Assembly: GCA_035221665.1 (NCBI GenBank)
Contig: CM069139.1
Location: 56,544,001-56,608,000 of the forward strand
Source: Okamejei kenojei
Lineage: Eukaryota
Reading direction: 5' to 3'
Length of the DNA stretch: 64,000 nucleotides
Below the pieces are notes generated by a model. It was not told the DNA's origin, did no database searches, and saw only the letters and a list, made by a program, of their open reading frames with translations. Shown in pieces: positions 48,686-62,437 of the stretch. Positions within the stretch are counted from its first letter, which is position 1; every line of letters starts with the position of its first letter. The translations under genes were made by a program, and so were the position numbers.

Positions 48686-49633
48686 TCTGTAATGCATGCA
48701 GGCTGCTATTGGAACTTGGACTCAGATCCAGGCAAAAATTATATGATGAATATCTTACATGTCTGATAGATTTTGGTAATCAACATAATTTCTATTTTGC
48801 TTGACCCCACAGTATAACAATGTCAATCTCATTTGGAAGAGTTCCAATGACAGTTAATGCAGCAAATTTGAAATAGCACAACAGGAGTTGCCCTTATTTT
48901 GGTGAATTAGTGGAAATTTCCTCATGGATCTAATGTTTGCAAAGCACGGGAGATAAATATGTTCATCTTGGATGACTTTTCATAGAACTTGCCATACTAT
49001 ATAAAAACAAAATAAAATCTTTGCAGGCCACCACATCAGACAACATCCCATGAGAAAGAATAAGTCAGCTGTTTTCCAGATTTGTGGAATTGTTTTCCAG
49101 TTTTGTTTTGAGTCCCGACCCGAAACGTCACCTATCCATGTTCTCCAGAGATACTGCCTTCAAACGCTCAGTTATTCCAACATTTTGTGTCCTTTCGTGG
49201 AAAAGTCATACATTTAAGACTTTACCTTTCGGGCTGTCATGAGTCTTTTAAGGGGCCATGGAAGCAGCAACAGAGTATTTTTAAGACAGAGTTAGAGAGA
49301 GTCCTGACAAGTAGAGGAATGAAAGAAAGAAAGCAATTCAGCCAGTGTTACTAAATGGCAGATTTGGCACAAGCAACCGAGTGGCCTGCTGCAGTTCCCT
49401 CTCCTAACTTAGTTAAACATCTTCATCTATGATCATTTTTCACATGACTTACCATCATACATAAAAGCATTAAATCTCTGCATGTCAGACTGTATCCCAT
49501 GAGGAAGAATAAGTCAGTTTTGCGGAAATGTTTTCCAGTTTTGTTCCGTGTCTGAAGAAGGATCCCGACCTGAAACGTCACCTATCTTTGTTCTCCACAG
49601 ATGCTGCCTGGACCTGCTGAGTTACTCTATATA

Positions 49634-50075
49634 CGGACACTCCCCGACCTACGCAATAGGCGACTTATGTAGACTTGCACTTATGTAAGAATTCTGTACT
49701 CAGTCTGTAGTGCAATCAATACAATAAAAAGAAAGTGTAGATGCTAGGTTATACCGAAGATAGACACAATATGCTGGAGTAACTCAGCAGGTCATCCCAA
49801 CTCAGTGTCTATCCAAGTGAAATCAAGGCTGTTTGTAATTTCCACACCACAGTACCATCACTCAATTTTACATCTGGAACAAGCCGCCAATAGTGGTGAT
49901 CCTTACCCAGAAGGCCGCGTGCCGCAGGAAGTGCCTCGGATGCAGGCGGACGCTGCTGAGACGGTTAATACTCTCAGTGAATACACACACAGAGTCGATA
50001 ATTCCGACTTAAGTAAAATCTGACTTGCATTAGGGTTTATGGAACATATCCCTTACATAAGTCGGGGTGTGCCTG
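49634..50075. mobile_element. Tigger/pogo-like MITE
   Basis: Imperfect TIRs TA|CGGACACTCCCCGACCTACG ... CATAAGTCGGGGTGTGCCTG, with repeated CGACTTA subterminal motifs. Confidence 0.65.
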
Positions 50076-50533
50076 TTCTTGATGTAGCTGCTATCAGTGA
50101 ACATTCGATAGGCGGAAATTTTGTTTTCCTCCTCGTTTCTTCCATCCGATGCTAATTCTAATCTACTTTATAAGCTTGTCACCTTCTCAGCCCACTCTCC
50201 TTTTCCAACATTCACAATGCTCACAACATGTGATGAAGTATAAAACCACCCTCAGAGTAGAAATAATACTCTTCTAACTTCCCATAGCGAGTTATATCCA
50301 AAACTGAACTTCGTACAAGTTAACACATTCTGCATTTGGTGTTCGTTTGCCTGCGTAGATTTCTGAAATACACTCTTGCTGCATAACAGTATATATATTT
50401 TTTGAAAAAGTGTCCTCTTCTAGAGTGACATGCTTAAAACACCTGTTTTTCAAGGGTAATGGTTAATCGGTAACAAATTACGATGCATGATATTAATGCT
50501 GCAAGCTGTTTGAGTTATCCCCGCTAACCCAAT

Positions 50534-50581
50534 AGGTCACAGGTTCAGATAAGACCCATTGACCTGTTGACCTGTCAATCA
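50534..50581. promoter_or_regulatory. Candidate enhancer core: two opposed DR2 nuclear-receptor elements plus PBX-MEIS decamer
   Basis: AGGTCA-ca-GGTTCA (50534-50547, +); AGGTCA-ac-AGGTCA (50573-50560, -); TGATTGACAG (50581-50572, -); all in repeat-free sequence. Confidence 0.65.
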
Positions 50582-53227
50582 AATACTTGCTTACAAGATG
50601 CTGCCAATGTAAATAACCACAAGTGACAATTTGCTAATTGCTGGCCTCTGCAAAGCCATGTAACCTTCTGACCTTAAGGGAGACCTCAGTGGCTGGATCA
50701 ATTCCAACCCCAGGCAACAAACCCATACTGATCTACGCAGATAGAAAGTCTTTTTATAACAAGATTAGGGATGCTAAATTTGTACACTCATTGGTAAATA
50801 ATCTTAGCTTTTCAGGTTCAATTAGTATGTTATTGGCTGCAAATACGGTCATTTATTTTAATTTTTCTCATTACATTAAGGCAATCTGAAACAAAATAAA
50901 CAGTGATCAAGATTCCACTTCATAATCACACACAATGTCTGTGAGCCATAATGTCTTGCGAATGACTGTAGTTTGCTCCATTCAAAAGACTACATTTAGT
51001 AACTGAAATGCAAACTAAAATTATCTTAATTCAATAGCTTCAGATTCAGAAATTAATAATTAGTATAATTATATAACCAGTTTCTACAGCTCTTGGGTAA
51101 TATGTTTTTAATGAGGCTGCTGTGATTGAGGCTTGTGAAAATCAAATTATGTTTTTCATTAAAAAGCCTCAATTTTGAAAAGCCTTCATCCATTTAGCAT
51201 TCAGAAGATTTTTTAAAAATTGAACACAGTAGTTTACCTGCAATACCAAGATATCTTCTAATTTTACAAGTCGTTGAAGGTATACCTTCATTTATTTTGA
51301 TCAAACGTATTAAAGTAAATAATCTAATTTGGTATTACTTCATTTTCCATTTGTAAGTGAAATGGATGAAAATGTTCATTTGCACAGAGGCTCAGCGTGT
51401 GAGGCAACATCTATGGAGAGAAGGAATAGGCAACGTTTCGGGTCGAGACACCGCCTATTCCTTCCCTCCATAGATGCTGCCTCACCCGCTGAGTTTCTCC
51501 AGCATTTTTGTCTACCTTCAATTTTTCCAACATCTGCAGTTTTTTCTTAAACATTTGCACAGTGACCGTGAGCTACAGCTGTACAGCGTAGGATTGTCGA
51601 ACTGGAAATTGGCATCCAAATGGGGAAGAGAAAGGGAAGGTGGAGGCAATGGTGGAAGGATAAAAATAATTGAGGTGGAAGATGGCAGGCAGGAAGGATG
51701 GGAGGGAGGATAGACGGGAAAATTAACAGAAACGGAAATTTAAAAAAGTTAATATTGATAACAACAAAAATTACTAAAAACAAAATCTCTAAAAACAAAA
51801 TGACTATCTCAAGAAATGGGATCTTCGTTGAGTTTAGAAAATGAAACTAGAGAGGGATGGTTTTGTGAGGCTGTTTCTATATACAATTCTTCATCACCTA
51901 ACAATGAACAGCTGTGACTAGAACTTGGGAATAAGTGAAATCTCCAACATATTCAAGAAAATGTAATGAAAAATTTTGGAGAACTCAAATGCTCAGTTAA
52001 AAGCAGAAACTCAGGAGTTAAAAGAAGCTGAGTGAACAATGCTTCCATCCAATGAAAAAACTGTGACTTCAAAAATAATTCTAAGGACTAAAGTGTTAAC
52101 AGTTTTTTAATAAGTTATGACAAATTAGAAGTAATCAAGTTTAATTTAGAAAATTATATCTCTGCAATTTTCTATTTCAATTAATTTCTACTTTTTGAAG
52201 ACGTTGTCTTTTTAGTTTGGTTTCAGAGATAACAGGCCCCTCTGCCCACCTATTCCACGCCAACCAGCGATTACGTACACTTGTTCTGTCCTGCACACTA
52301 TGGACAATTTACAGAGGCCGATTAACCTGAAAACCTGCACGTCTTTAGGATATGGGAGGAAACTAGAATACATGGAGAAAGTATATGACTCTAAATCAGA
52401 TTATGCTATACATAAATCAGATTATGCTTATACATAAATCCAATCATGCCAAACTCAAGTGCAATAGATAGGAAAGAAAACGTGGATGGCTCAAAGCTAT
52501 GTTTAGTTGCAGGCAAATATTGCAATGTATGGAAAATATAAATATGACAAAAATAAAGTTTTTACAGTCACTAGCTACAACGTCATTCCAAACAGCTCCG
52601 AGCGATGGGGAATTATATATAAATATTAATCTTTAAAACATTCAAGAAAGATACTTTTTTGCATGCTGCAACGAGAATAGCTTAATATTCAATATTGAAA
52701 TAAGAAACTGAAGATGCTGCTTCATCAAGGAATGATACACAATGCAAGGAGTAACTCAGCGGTCAGGCAGCATCCCTGGAGAGCATGGTGACATTTTGAT
52801 TCAGGAAAGGGTCCTGACTCGCTGAAGTCACCTCAACATTTTGTGTATTCCCAGCTTAATATCCATTTATGTGATGTTGAAGAATTTTACCAAGAAGAAT
52901 AAGGAGAAATCAGATACTTTCAACAAAATAAAAGCTGTTTTATTGTGTCCTGTGAAGTCAGCTTTCGATAAAGTTTCATTTTAAACTTTAATTGTTATTT
53001 TAATTATTATCTATTGTTGTTTTAAAGTTCAAAAGAAATGTTGTGTCATTGATGTTAGGATTTTTCTCCAACTGTGCATTCTTGTAGAAATGGTTGCAAT
53101 GCCGGTTACTGGCGGTACCTGTATGATTCGCTGTTCTACTATGCCTCAAATTCATTTATTTTTATTTGCCTCCTTGCCGGAAAAAGGTGGTTGAAATAAA
53201 GAGCAGAGAGCATTCTTCGCCTAAGAA

Positions 53228-53533
53228 TTAGATTTTAAAAACACAGCACGGAAACAGGCCCATCGGCCCACCATGTCTGCGCCAACCAGCGATCACCCCT
53301 TGCACTAGCACTATCCTTCATATACGAGGGACAATTTAGAATTTACATGAGCCAATTAACCTATAAACCTGTATGTCTTTGAAGTGTGGGAGGAAACTGG
53401 AGTACCCGGGCAAAACCCACGCAGTCACAGGGAGAATGTACAAACTCCATACAGGCACCACCTGTCGTCAGGATCGAATCCGGGGGTCTGGCGCTGTAAA
53501 GCAGCAACTCTACCAATGCGCCTCTGTGCCATC
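53228..53533 (-). mobile_element. tRNA-derived SINE (HE1/V-SINE type)
   Basis: Full-length reverse-complement copy. Confidence 0.85.
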
Positions 53534-54284
53534 CTTGATGGAAGGATGATGAAAGAGGTCTGAAAACAAGCAGATGGGCTCAAATAAAAGGAGTGGATTG
53601 GGAGCTAGAAAGGAGAAAGTAAATGCGATCACGCCACTGGCATCATTGTATTTTACTGGATTTTCTTTTCTCGCATTAATTTATTCCTAATTTTTGGTAC
53701 TTTCAGTTGAGTAGTGAACAGCAGCAATTGACCAAATTTCAAGATGAAATAAGAAAGCAGCCATGATAGTTCTATCAATTACTTCTGTTTATGGTTGATT
53801 TAAGTGATCGGTGTTTTACATAGTCTAAAATTATGGCCATTAAAGTAGCTATTCAATTTGTTTAACATTCACATCGCTTGTTACATACATCTGAATGTTT
53901 CTCATTTTTATACCAAGATTCAAGTGTACGTGAACTTGGAAATTTATCACTCACATTCTTCAAGTATAAAAGGTAGTCAGCTGGAAACACGGTTTGATAC
54001 ACTGAATAAGCAGAACTTTTGATGAATCTTCAGATGCATATTTGGCCACGAAGCAGTTAATAAAAAAAGATGCCCTGTGGTTTTTCAACAAACTTGCTGG
54101 TACATTACTTATGTTCAAACTCAAACAAATATTAATGATTTTGACTGTAGAATGCTTAGAAATTCATGATAGATCAAAAGCAGAAGATGATTCTGAGTTT
54201 GATCCTAGGGCAGGATAACTTGGAACAGCTGGGGCAAGGTAAAACAATCAACAGAGCCCCAGACTTTAAAATTGTAGACATTAG

Positions 54285-54790
54285 ACTTCAGAGATACAAC
54301 ACGGAAACAAGCCCTTTGGCCACTGAGTTTGTGCTGACCAGTGATCAGCCCGTACACTAACACTATCTTACATACCAGGGACAATTTGCAATTTTATCAA
54401 AGCCAATTAACCTACAAACCTTTAGTGTGTGGGAGGAAACCAGAAAAAACCCACGTGGTAACCTACTTTGCATAGAGTCTCAGATATAATGTTGTCTCAC
54501 AGCTCAACTTTGCATTAAGATAGACTTTTTAGTTTACTTTAGTGATGCAGCGTGGAAACAGGCTCTTCGGGCCACCGAGACACACATTAGGGTCAATTAT
54601 TTCCAAAGCTAATTAACCTACAAACGTATACATCTTTGGAGTGTGGGAGGAAACTAGAGCACCCAGAGAAAACCCACACAGGTCACGGAGAGAACGTACA
54701 AACTCCGTACAGACAGCATCCGTAGTCAGGATTGAACCCGGGTCTCTGGCGCTGTAAGGCAGCAACTCTACTGCTGCGCCACAGTGCCGC
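54285..54790 (-). mobile_element. Two adjacent HE1/V-SINE-type copies (about 54285-54460 partial, 54527-54790)
   Basis: Family core and tRNA head GCGGCACTGTGGCGCAGCAGTAG..GGGTTCAATCC on the minus strand. Confidence 0.85.
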
Positions 54791-55019
54791 TTGATTATTG
54801 AGGGTCATCTATTTTTAAAAAAAGAGATTTATGCAAGGAAAAGAGGGCTGATTTAAAAAAAACATTTAAACTTTGGAACTGTTTGGAAAAGTCGTCATCC
54901 ATCAAAGATTGCAGTTGTTGGACACACAGACATTGATTATAAAGGTCCACAGATAACCGTGAAAGAGCCCTTCAATTGAAAATAATACTTCAGCTACTTT
55001 AGAAATCAAAAAATCAAAA

Positions 55020-57918
55020 AGATTTGTGCAATTTTATTTGTATCCATCCAAAACGACAATGGACACCAACACAATCACTGAGTTTCTGGATAATTGCAAT
55101 CTTCCCAAACTAGAATTGCAGGAACAAGAGGATTTGAGAGCACAAATCTCAAATAAGGAAATAGAAGAAACAATATTCTCATTAAAAAATGGAAAAACAC
55201 CAGGTCCCGACGGATTTAGTAATGAATTCTATAAAAGTTTTAACGATATATTTAGCCCTCGTCTACAGAAAATGTACACACACGCTTTCAGAGAACAAAT
55301 ATTACCTGATACACTAGCAGAATCTACGATTACATTAATACTTAGGAAAGATAAAGATGAGGAAGAACCTGGATCCTATAGAGCTATCGCGTTGTTAAAT
55401 ACAGATCAAAAAATATTAGCAAAAATATTAGCAAGAAGATTAAGTAAGTACGCCATTAAACTAATACATCCGGATCAAACGTGGTTTATCCCTAAGGGAG
55501 ATTCATTTAATAATTTGAGACGTCTGCTTAATATAATGCACTCACACCAAACTAAAGATCCAAATCTCGCAATTATTTCGCTGGATGCAGAGAAAGCATT
55601 CGATCAGGTTGAATGGAAGTATATGGTGAAGGTATTGCAAAAATTTCAACTGGAAGAGAATTTCATTCAATGGATTAAATTAATATATAATAAGCCAACA
55701 GCCAGAATATTAACTAATAATATTTTATCCACAAAATTTCAACTGTCAAGGGGTAATAGACAAGGTTGTTCATTATCACCATTGTTATTTGCCCTCATAA
55801 TTGAACCACTAGCGGAAATAATTAGAAATCATCCGAATATCCAGGGATATAAGACAAAATATTCAACAATAAAATATAATTATACGCTGGTGATGTACTT
55901 TTGTACATCACAAAGCCTCATATCACTATACCCAATATTTTAAATTTAATTGAGGATTTAGGTTCTTTTCAGGTTAAAGAATAAACTGGAATAAAAGTGA
56001 AATCATGTCAATAAAACCGAAAGATTCTACACATCTCGTAGAATTTCCTTTTAAAATAGCTGGGGAAAAATTTAAATACTTGGGCATTAAAATTACTAGA
56101 AGATATCATGACATGTTTAAAGCAAACTAAAACCCTGTACTTAAGAAATTACATAATTTAATTAAATTCTGGAAAACGCTCTTGATGTCTTTAATAGGTC
56201 GAATAAACACCATAAAAATGATTTTTCTACCACAAATTCTATACTTGTTCCAATCAATTCCACTATATATACCCAAAACATTTTTTTTTTTAAATGGACT
56301 CAGATATTACAAATTTTATTTGGGATTGTAAGATCCATAGAATACACAGACCACACCTGAATAAACCCAAAGTAGTAGGGGGATTAGCACTCCCTAATTT
56401 TATGTATTATTATTGGTTGGTAAATATTAGAAATATGATTCAATTGTTGGATAATGCTCTTCATCAACCGGAATGGATCATTATGGAGAAAGAGGACTGC
56501 TCCCCCTTTAATATTGGTGCGATCCTTCTTTCACCAATGACGGTGAATAATACAAACTACAACAAAAACCCAATTATGCATAGTACAATCAGAATTTGGA
56601 AACAAATAAAATACAATTAAAAATTAAGAAACTTATCTCTCCTATCTCCTGTTGCTAAAAACCCTCTGTTTAAACCCTCAATTATAGACAAAGCATTTAT
56701 ACAATGGGAAAGAGCAGGAATTAAAACTTTTGGAGATTTGTATGATACGGGAAAACTATTATCATTTAAACAATTACAACTAAAATACAATCTGGGTAAC
56801 AATCAGTATTTTAAATATTTCCAAATATGTGATTATTTGAAAAAACATGCACATAAATTTCACAAAATGCCATTAGACTTACTAGATGAAGTAATGAGTA
56901 CAAAGGCGGAATCACCAAATTTAATCTCACATATATATAATATTATACTAAATGCAGTAATACCAACAACGGAAGGTATTAGAGGTCAGTGGGAAAACAA
57001 ACTAAGCATAAAAATTTCCAATGAAAGGTGGAAAGAATACTTATTAAATGTGCACAAATGCTCAATTAACGTAAGACACATTTTAATACAAATTAAAATT
57101 ATACATAGATTATACTACTCAAAAACTAAATTAAATAAATTTTTCCCTAACGTTTCACCAATTTGTGATAAATGCCACTGTCAAGAAGCTACTATAGCGC
57201 ACTCATTCATATTTTGTACAACAATTCAAAGGTTTTGGATTGAAATCTTTGGAATTTTCACAAAAGTGTTTAAAATAAAAATGACACCAAAGCCAGAATG
57301 GACTATTTTCGGAATGACCGAAGGTAGTCCAGAATTAAATGCCTATCAAAATAATTTATTTGATTACGGCTTAATAATAGGAAAAAAATTAATCTTAAAA
57401 TTCTGGAAAAATGCTCCTATACCAACGTTAAATATGTGGATTTCAACTATGTTTGAAACACTACATCTGGAAGATATGAGACTCTGCCTGGAAGGAAAAT
57501 CAGAACGCTTCTATCAGACGTGGTCTGCATTTATAGAACTGCTACAAAGATAAGGTGCAAGAGTACCTCGGGCCTTGGTAGGGGGGATGAAAAACTATCG
57601 AGTTGGTGGATTCCTTTTGCGTGATATATATAACATAGTAACTGGCTTTTTTTTTCCTTTTCCTTTTAAAAATTTTTTTTTAGGGTCTATCTCTTAGCCC
57701 CCTTTCTCTAATTATTTGACCAAGGGTTTCTTCTCCCCGTTGGCACGCTCTTTCACTATCACAACTCTTTTCACCTATTTCACTCTCTTTCTTTCTATTC
57801 TTTTTCTTTAAAAGCCATAAAATTATGGGGTACAATGATTGTAACAATATATATGTGAAGTACATTGATGTATTTACCTCTCATAAATAAAATTAAATAA
57901 ATAAATAAATAAATAAAT
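55020..57918 (+). mobile_element. 5'-truncated L1-clade LINE (ORF2 RT to C-terminal Cys-rich region, 3' UTR, (TAAA)n tail)
   Basis: GKTPGPDGFSNEFYK, SYRAIALLNTDQKILAK, ISLDAEKAFDQVEW, RGNRQGCSLSPLLF, GGLALPNF, CDKC..H.F.FC; a few frameshifts and stops. Confidence 0.93.
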
Positions 57919-58137
57919 CGGAAAAGTGTCTGATTTCCAATTAACACTGTGGGGAAAAAAATTACGAAATTAAAGATTGCTTCATTTGCAAATTGAAGGA
58001 GAGAAGCTGGAAGTTAAGGTCTATCTAGTGTAGTTTATTGATCTTCTTTCCTTGCATTGTCAAGGGCCACACTGCATACCAAACACTAATCTGATTGATA
58101 CTGGAGCTGCTCCAATTTCTGAAATGCAGCTGATGTT

Positions 58138-58505
58138 ACAGAGGTATATAAAAACATGAGAAGAATAGATTGGGTAGACGTACAGTCTCTTGCCCAGAGT
58201 AGGGGAATCAAGTACCAGAGGGCTTAGGTTTAAGCGAAGGGGGAAGGATTTAATAGGAATCTGAGGGGTACCTTTTTCACACAAAGAGTGGTGTGTATGG
58301 AACGTGCTGCTGGAGGAGGTGGTTGAGGCATAGACTAGTGCAACGTTTAAGAAGCAATTAGACAGGTACATGGATAGGACAGGTATGGAGGGATATGGGT
58401 CAAACGCAGGAAAGTAGGACTAGTGTAGATGGAACATGTTGGTCGGTGTGGGTAAGATCATAAGTTGAGCCGAAGCACCTGTTTCCACACTGTATGACTC
58501 TATGA
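58138..58505 (+). mobile_element. CR1 3' fragment
   Basis: GAGGTATATAAAA..TTCACACAAAGAGTGGTG..3' UTR with TATGACTCTATGA tail. Confidence 0.85.
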
Positions 58506-59813
58506 TTTGAGAAGACTGCAGGGGATTGTGCACAAAGGTTTCTTCTGTATTTCCTATTGTGAATTTTCTAACTAATTAAAAACAACTAGCGTATCAGTAA
58601 TGTCTTTCACAAACTCATGATGTCGCTTTGTTTTTCAAAACTAGCAATCAATTTGCAACATTGCCATTTTATTCACATTCCCCCTATTAAAAAGGAAACT
58701 GGAAGAAACTGAAGTGGCTCCATTATACTTGCACCACTGAATTCTCAGCAGGAAGTCTCTGAAAGACGTGCTGGTGGGTTAATAGGATACTGTAAATAAC
58801 CCTTGATGTGGGTGAGCAACGACAGAATCAAAAGTGGAATTGGCGGGCATGGGAGAGGGAAAGAGTAACTTCTTCCTCTCTTCCAGCTTTCTTCTCTCCG
58901 CCCCCCCCCCCTCCTTCAGTAAGAAGGATCCGGACCCAAAACGTCACCTATCCACGTTCTACAGAGATGCTGCCTGACCCGCTGAGTTACCACAGCACTT
59001 TTCTGTTTGGTTTTGTAAACCAGCATCTGCAGTTTCTCGTTTCTACAAGTTGAAAAGTTATCTGGATATCTGGAAAGTGGGGAATGGGACTGAAGGGATT
59101 GTTCTGCCAGCAGGTGAGGGATGGGAGGAATGATCGACTTCTGTGTGACATTAAATAATTGACAACTGTAAAAAAGAAATATGAAATTTAAAGAGGCCGA
59201 TGAATTTAAATGCCCACCCCCACTCTCACCCAAGTGGCTTAAATGCACAAAGCTGAAACCCTGCCTTCATGTGAAATCAATGCTGACTATATTTTAGGAT
59301 GCTCAAGAAAGGAGGCCTTATTTTATACTGGTGGAGGTCAATTATTTGTGGGGAAATAGCAACACTGCAAATGTTGTTTCATGCAGGGCGAACCATCTTA
59401 CTAACAAAACTAATGGCTGAAGAAGGGTTTTGACCCAAGACGTCATCTACACCTTTTCTCCAGAGATGCTGCCTGCTGAGTTACTCCAGCATTTTGTGTC
59501 TGTCTTACTAAGAAAAGTTGCGTCCTAATTAAATATATACAATTCTTATTTTAAAATAGTTTCCTTATCATTAATTGAGACGAATGGTTACTTCAGTAAA
59601 ACTGACACTCTTGCAAATAAACTTATGCTCAAAATTTATTTAAACAAATGAAAGACTATTATTTTATTAATAAGAGACAATTTCAAAATAAAAGCACATG
59701 ATCTAATTGTCTTATTTTTCTAAAACAAATTTAAATATGAACTGGACATCAAGAACTTAATTTATCTTCAAATAAAGAGGAAGGTCACTGTAGATGTACA
59801 GTAGTTTAGAAAT

Positions 59814-60095
59814 GGGCAGCACAGTGGCGCTGCGGTAGAGTTGCTGCCTTACAGTACCAGAGACCCGAGTTCGATCTTAACTGCGGATTTGTACGTTCTC
59901 CCTGTAACTGCGTGGGTTTTCTCTGGGTCCTCCAGTTTCCTCCCATACTCCAAAGACGTAAGGGTTTGTGGATTAATTGGTTTTGCTAAAATTGTAAATT
60001 GTCCCTAGCGTGTAGGATAGCGTTAGTGTATGGGGATGTCTGGTCGGCACGGACTCGGTGGGCCAAAGGGCCTATTTCTACGCTGTATCTCTAAA
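59814..60095 (+). mobile_element. tRNA-derived SINE (HE1/V-SINE type)
   Basis: GGGCAGCACAGTGGCGCTGCGGTAGAG..GAGTTCGATC..GGGCCAAAGGGCCTATTTC. Confidence 0.85.
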
Positions 60096-61737
60096 GAAGT
60101 GTGCTTTCGGACTGAAACAATAGCATTAGATCACGAGTAGTATAAACTACCATCTACAGCGTTTTCATGCAAAAATGAAGAAAACCAATGTGCAATAAGT
60201 TCACATTTTTGTTACAGCTGTTTCTGTTATTATAGGCAACTATTCAGCACTCCCCTGCATTTCCAGTGGTCCTTTTCTTTAAGTGGGCACAGAGGAAACC
60301 TGCTTCGCATCGTGGTTCCTCAGGATACTCCCATGCCTGTCCGTCAAGTTTGGCTGTCAACTTTGATGCATTTTTCAGAGCAAGAGTACAAGCTTAAATT
60401 ACTATGACTGTAAACCATAAATGAGAACCCAGTGCTTTGAAACCATCAGATCAATCAGAAGATCATTTACTTGAAAGGGTTATTTGGTAAAGTGAGAGCT
60501 GTACATCAACTATCCACAAGTGAAGGCTGAGGCAGCAAAACGACAACAACAAATTGTCATTGGCATTCCATTTATGAACCTTCAGACAGCATCAGAGTCC
60601 TGTTCGGCAGCAAACTAGATAAGGTCAGACTTTCACTGAATATTTCTTAACAGGCTACCATCAAAAGAAGTTATGATTTGAATAAAAAGGCAATCACTCC
60701 TTAATTTCAATATCAAAGGGATCCACTGTGAACTCCCAATGCAGAAAAAAATCTCCCCAAGCTGCATCGGGCTTAATAATCTATTATTTAGGATTTATTT
60801 TAGGTTGATTGGAATTTTAAAAAAGCTGGGCGACTGAAATACCACAAATGAAATACAACGAAGAAAAGAATGATATTAACATACTATTAACAGTTCAAAA
60901 GAATGATATGACACACCAATCAAAATTGTTAATTGACTGTCAATGATCTGTCCTTAAAAATACAACATGACTGCATAATGCAGCTCTGAACAGACAGGAA
61001 GACAGTTACATTTGCATTAGCCTCATAAACTAATCAACAATCAGAGTATAATGCACATTTTTAATATGTTGGATATTTGTTTAAATGTACATTTTTTATG
61101 CAGTGGCCCACTGACACTTCGTAAATAATTCTTCTAAACCATCGGTGATATTAGGTTAATCTCTGATAAAAGTTCCATATTTAATTTATTGCACTACACC
61201 AAATACTATTTTTTTCATCTTTAGACAAGAATTGTTGCAAATGAAAAAGCCAATCTAGTTTTTAACTCAATCGCAAAGGCATGCACATTACAAACACATT
61301 TTGCATACAAATTTGTTGGAAGTTTTCAAGAAACTCCTTAATAAAGAAACTCAGCAGAATAATAACTTACAAATATTAAAATTGCTGTGGGGATTGGGGG
61401 AGGGAAGAGAGAGGTGCCTCTAGAGATTTTCATCTACTTTGAAACTGCATCTGTTCTTTGACTGAAACAAATTTAACCCTGTGAGGTTGGGTATCCTCTG
61501 CAGCTACCAAAGTGTGGTCTTAGCTGATCTGAGTATGCATAAAATTAAGTAAGGAGATAAGAGAAAGATTGAATATTTTTTAACCTACTCCAGATATTGT
61601 TTAGAATCATGTGTTTGTTTTTAATTACAAAGAACCCTTCTTTTTACAGGAAGTTATAAGATAATAATAATTTAAAAATCATCATCAGCTAACCATCCCC
61701 AATTCCATACAATGACCTTGTACCTCTTCAAGGTAAA

Positions 61738-62075
61738 GGGTGGTACAGTGGCACAGCTGGTAGAGCTGCTGCCTCGCAGCGCCAGGGACCTGGGTTTGAT
61801 CCTGACCTTGAGTGCTGTCTGCGCAGAGTTTGCACGTTCTCCCTGTGACCAGGTGGGTTTCCTCTGGGTGCCCTGGTTTTTCCTCCTACATCCCAGAGAC
61901 GTGCGAGTTTGTAAGTTAATTCTCCTCTGTAAAGTTGCCCTTGGTGTATAGAGGGTGGAATAGAAAGTGGGTCGAATGCAGTACCATTGTGATAGGGTGA
62001 TCGATGGTCTGCATGGTCACAGCGGGCTGAAGGGCCTATTTTCATGTTGTTCCTCTCAATTCAATTCAATCCAAT
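61738..62075 (+). mobile_element. tRNA-derived SINE (HE1/V-SINE type)
   Basis: A/B boxes, family core, (TCAAT)n tail. Confidence 0.85.
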
Positions 62076-62437
62076 TCCCAGAACCCAATGCTTACAGTAC
62101 ACCCCTTCAACCCAAGCTTCCTACCTACTGCCTGTGGTGTTCTCCCCTTATAAGGAGACAAGTTACCACAGAAGCTGGTGAACATTTCCAGAATTTTCCA
62201 TTCATTTAAAAAAACATTTGTTTGTCCAACCCCTTTGGTGGAATGCTCATGACTCTGTTAACTGAAGGATCTAATTCCACCAAGTTAGAATTGAGCAGGG
62301 GTTTTTAGTTAGGATGCTGCTATATCTGATCAAAAAATAAAATACAGGGGACTTATTAGATAATTTGCAGCAAATAATTACAATAATTCTGAAGGTAAAT
62401 CAAATGTGCAATGGACTTTAAAAAAATCTTAATTTTA

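Noticed and set aside
48759-48996. Minus-strand segment bounded by TTTTTATATAG and GTAAGA
   Set aside because: Stops occur in all three frames; not a coding exon.
60400-60440. Possible DPH6 HWAP..YSQ exon
   Set aside because: Minus-strand translation gives HWVLIYGLQS, which does not match, and there are no fitting splice sites.
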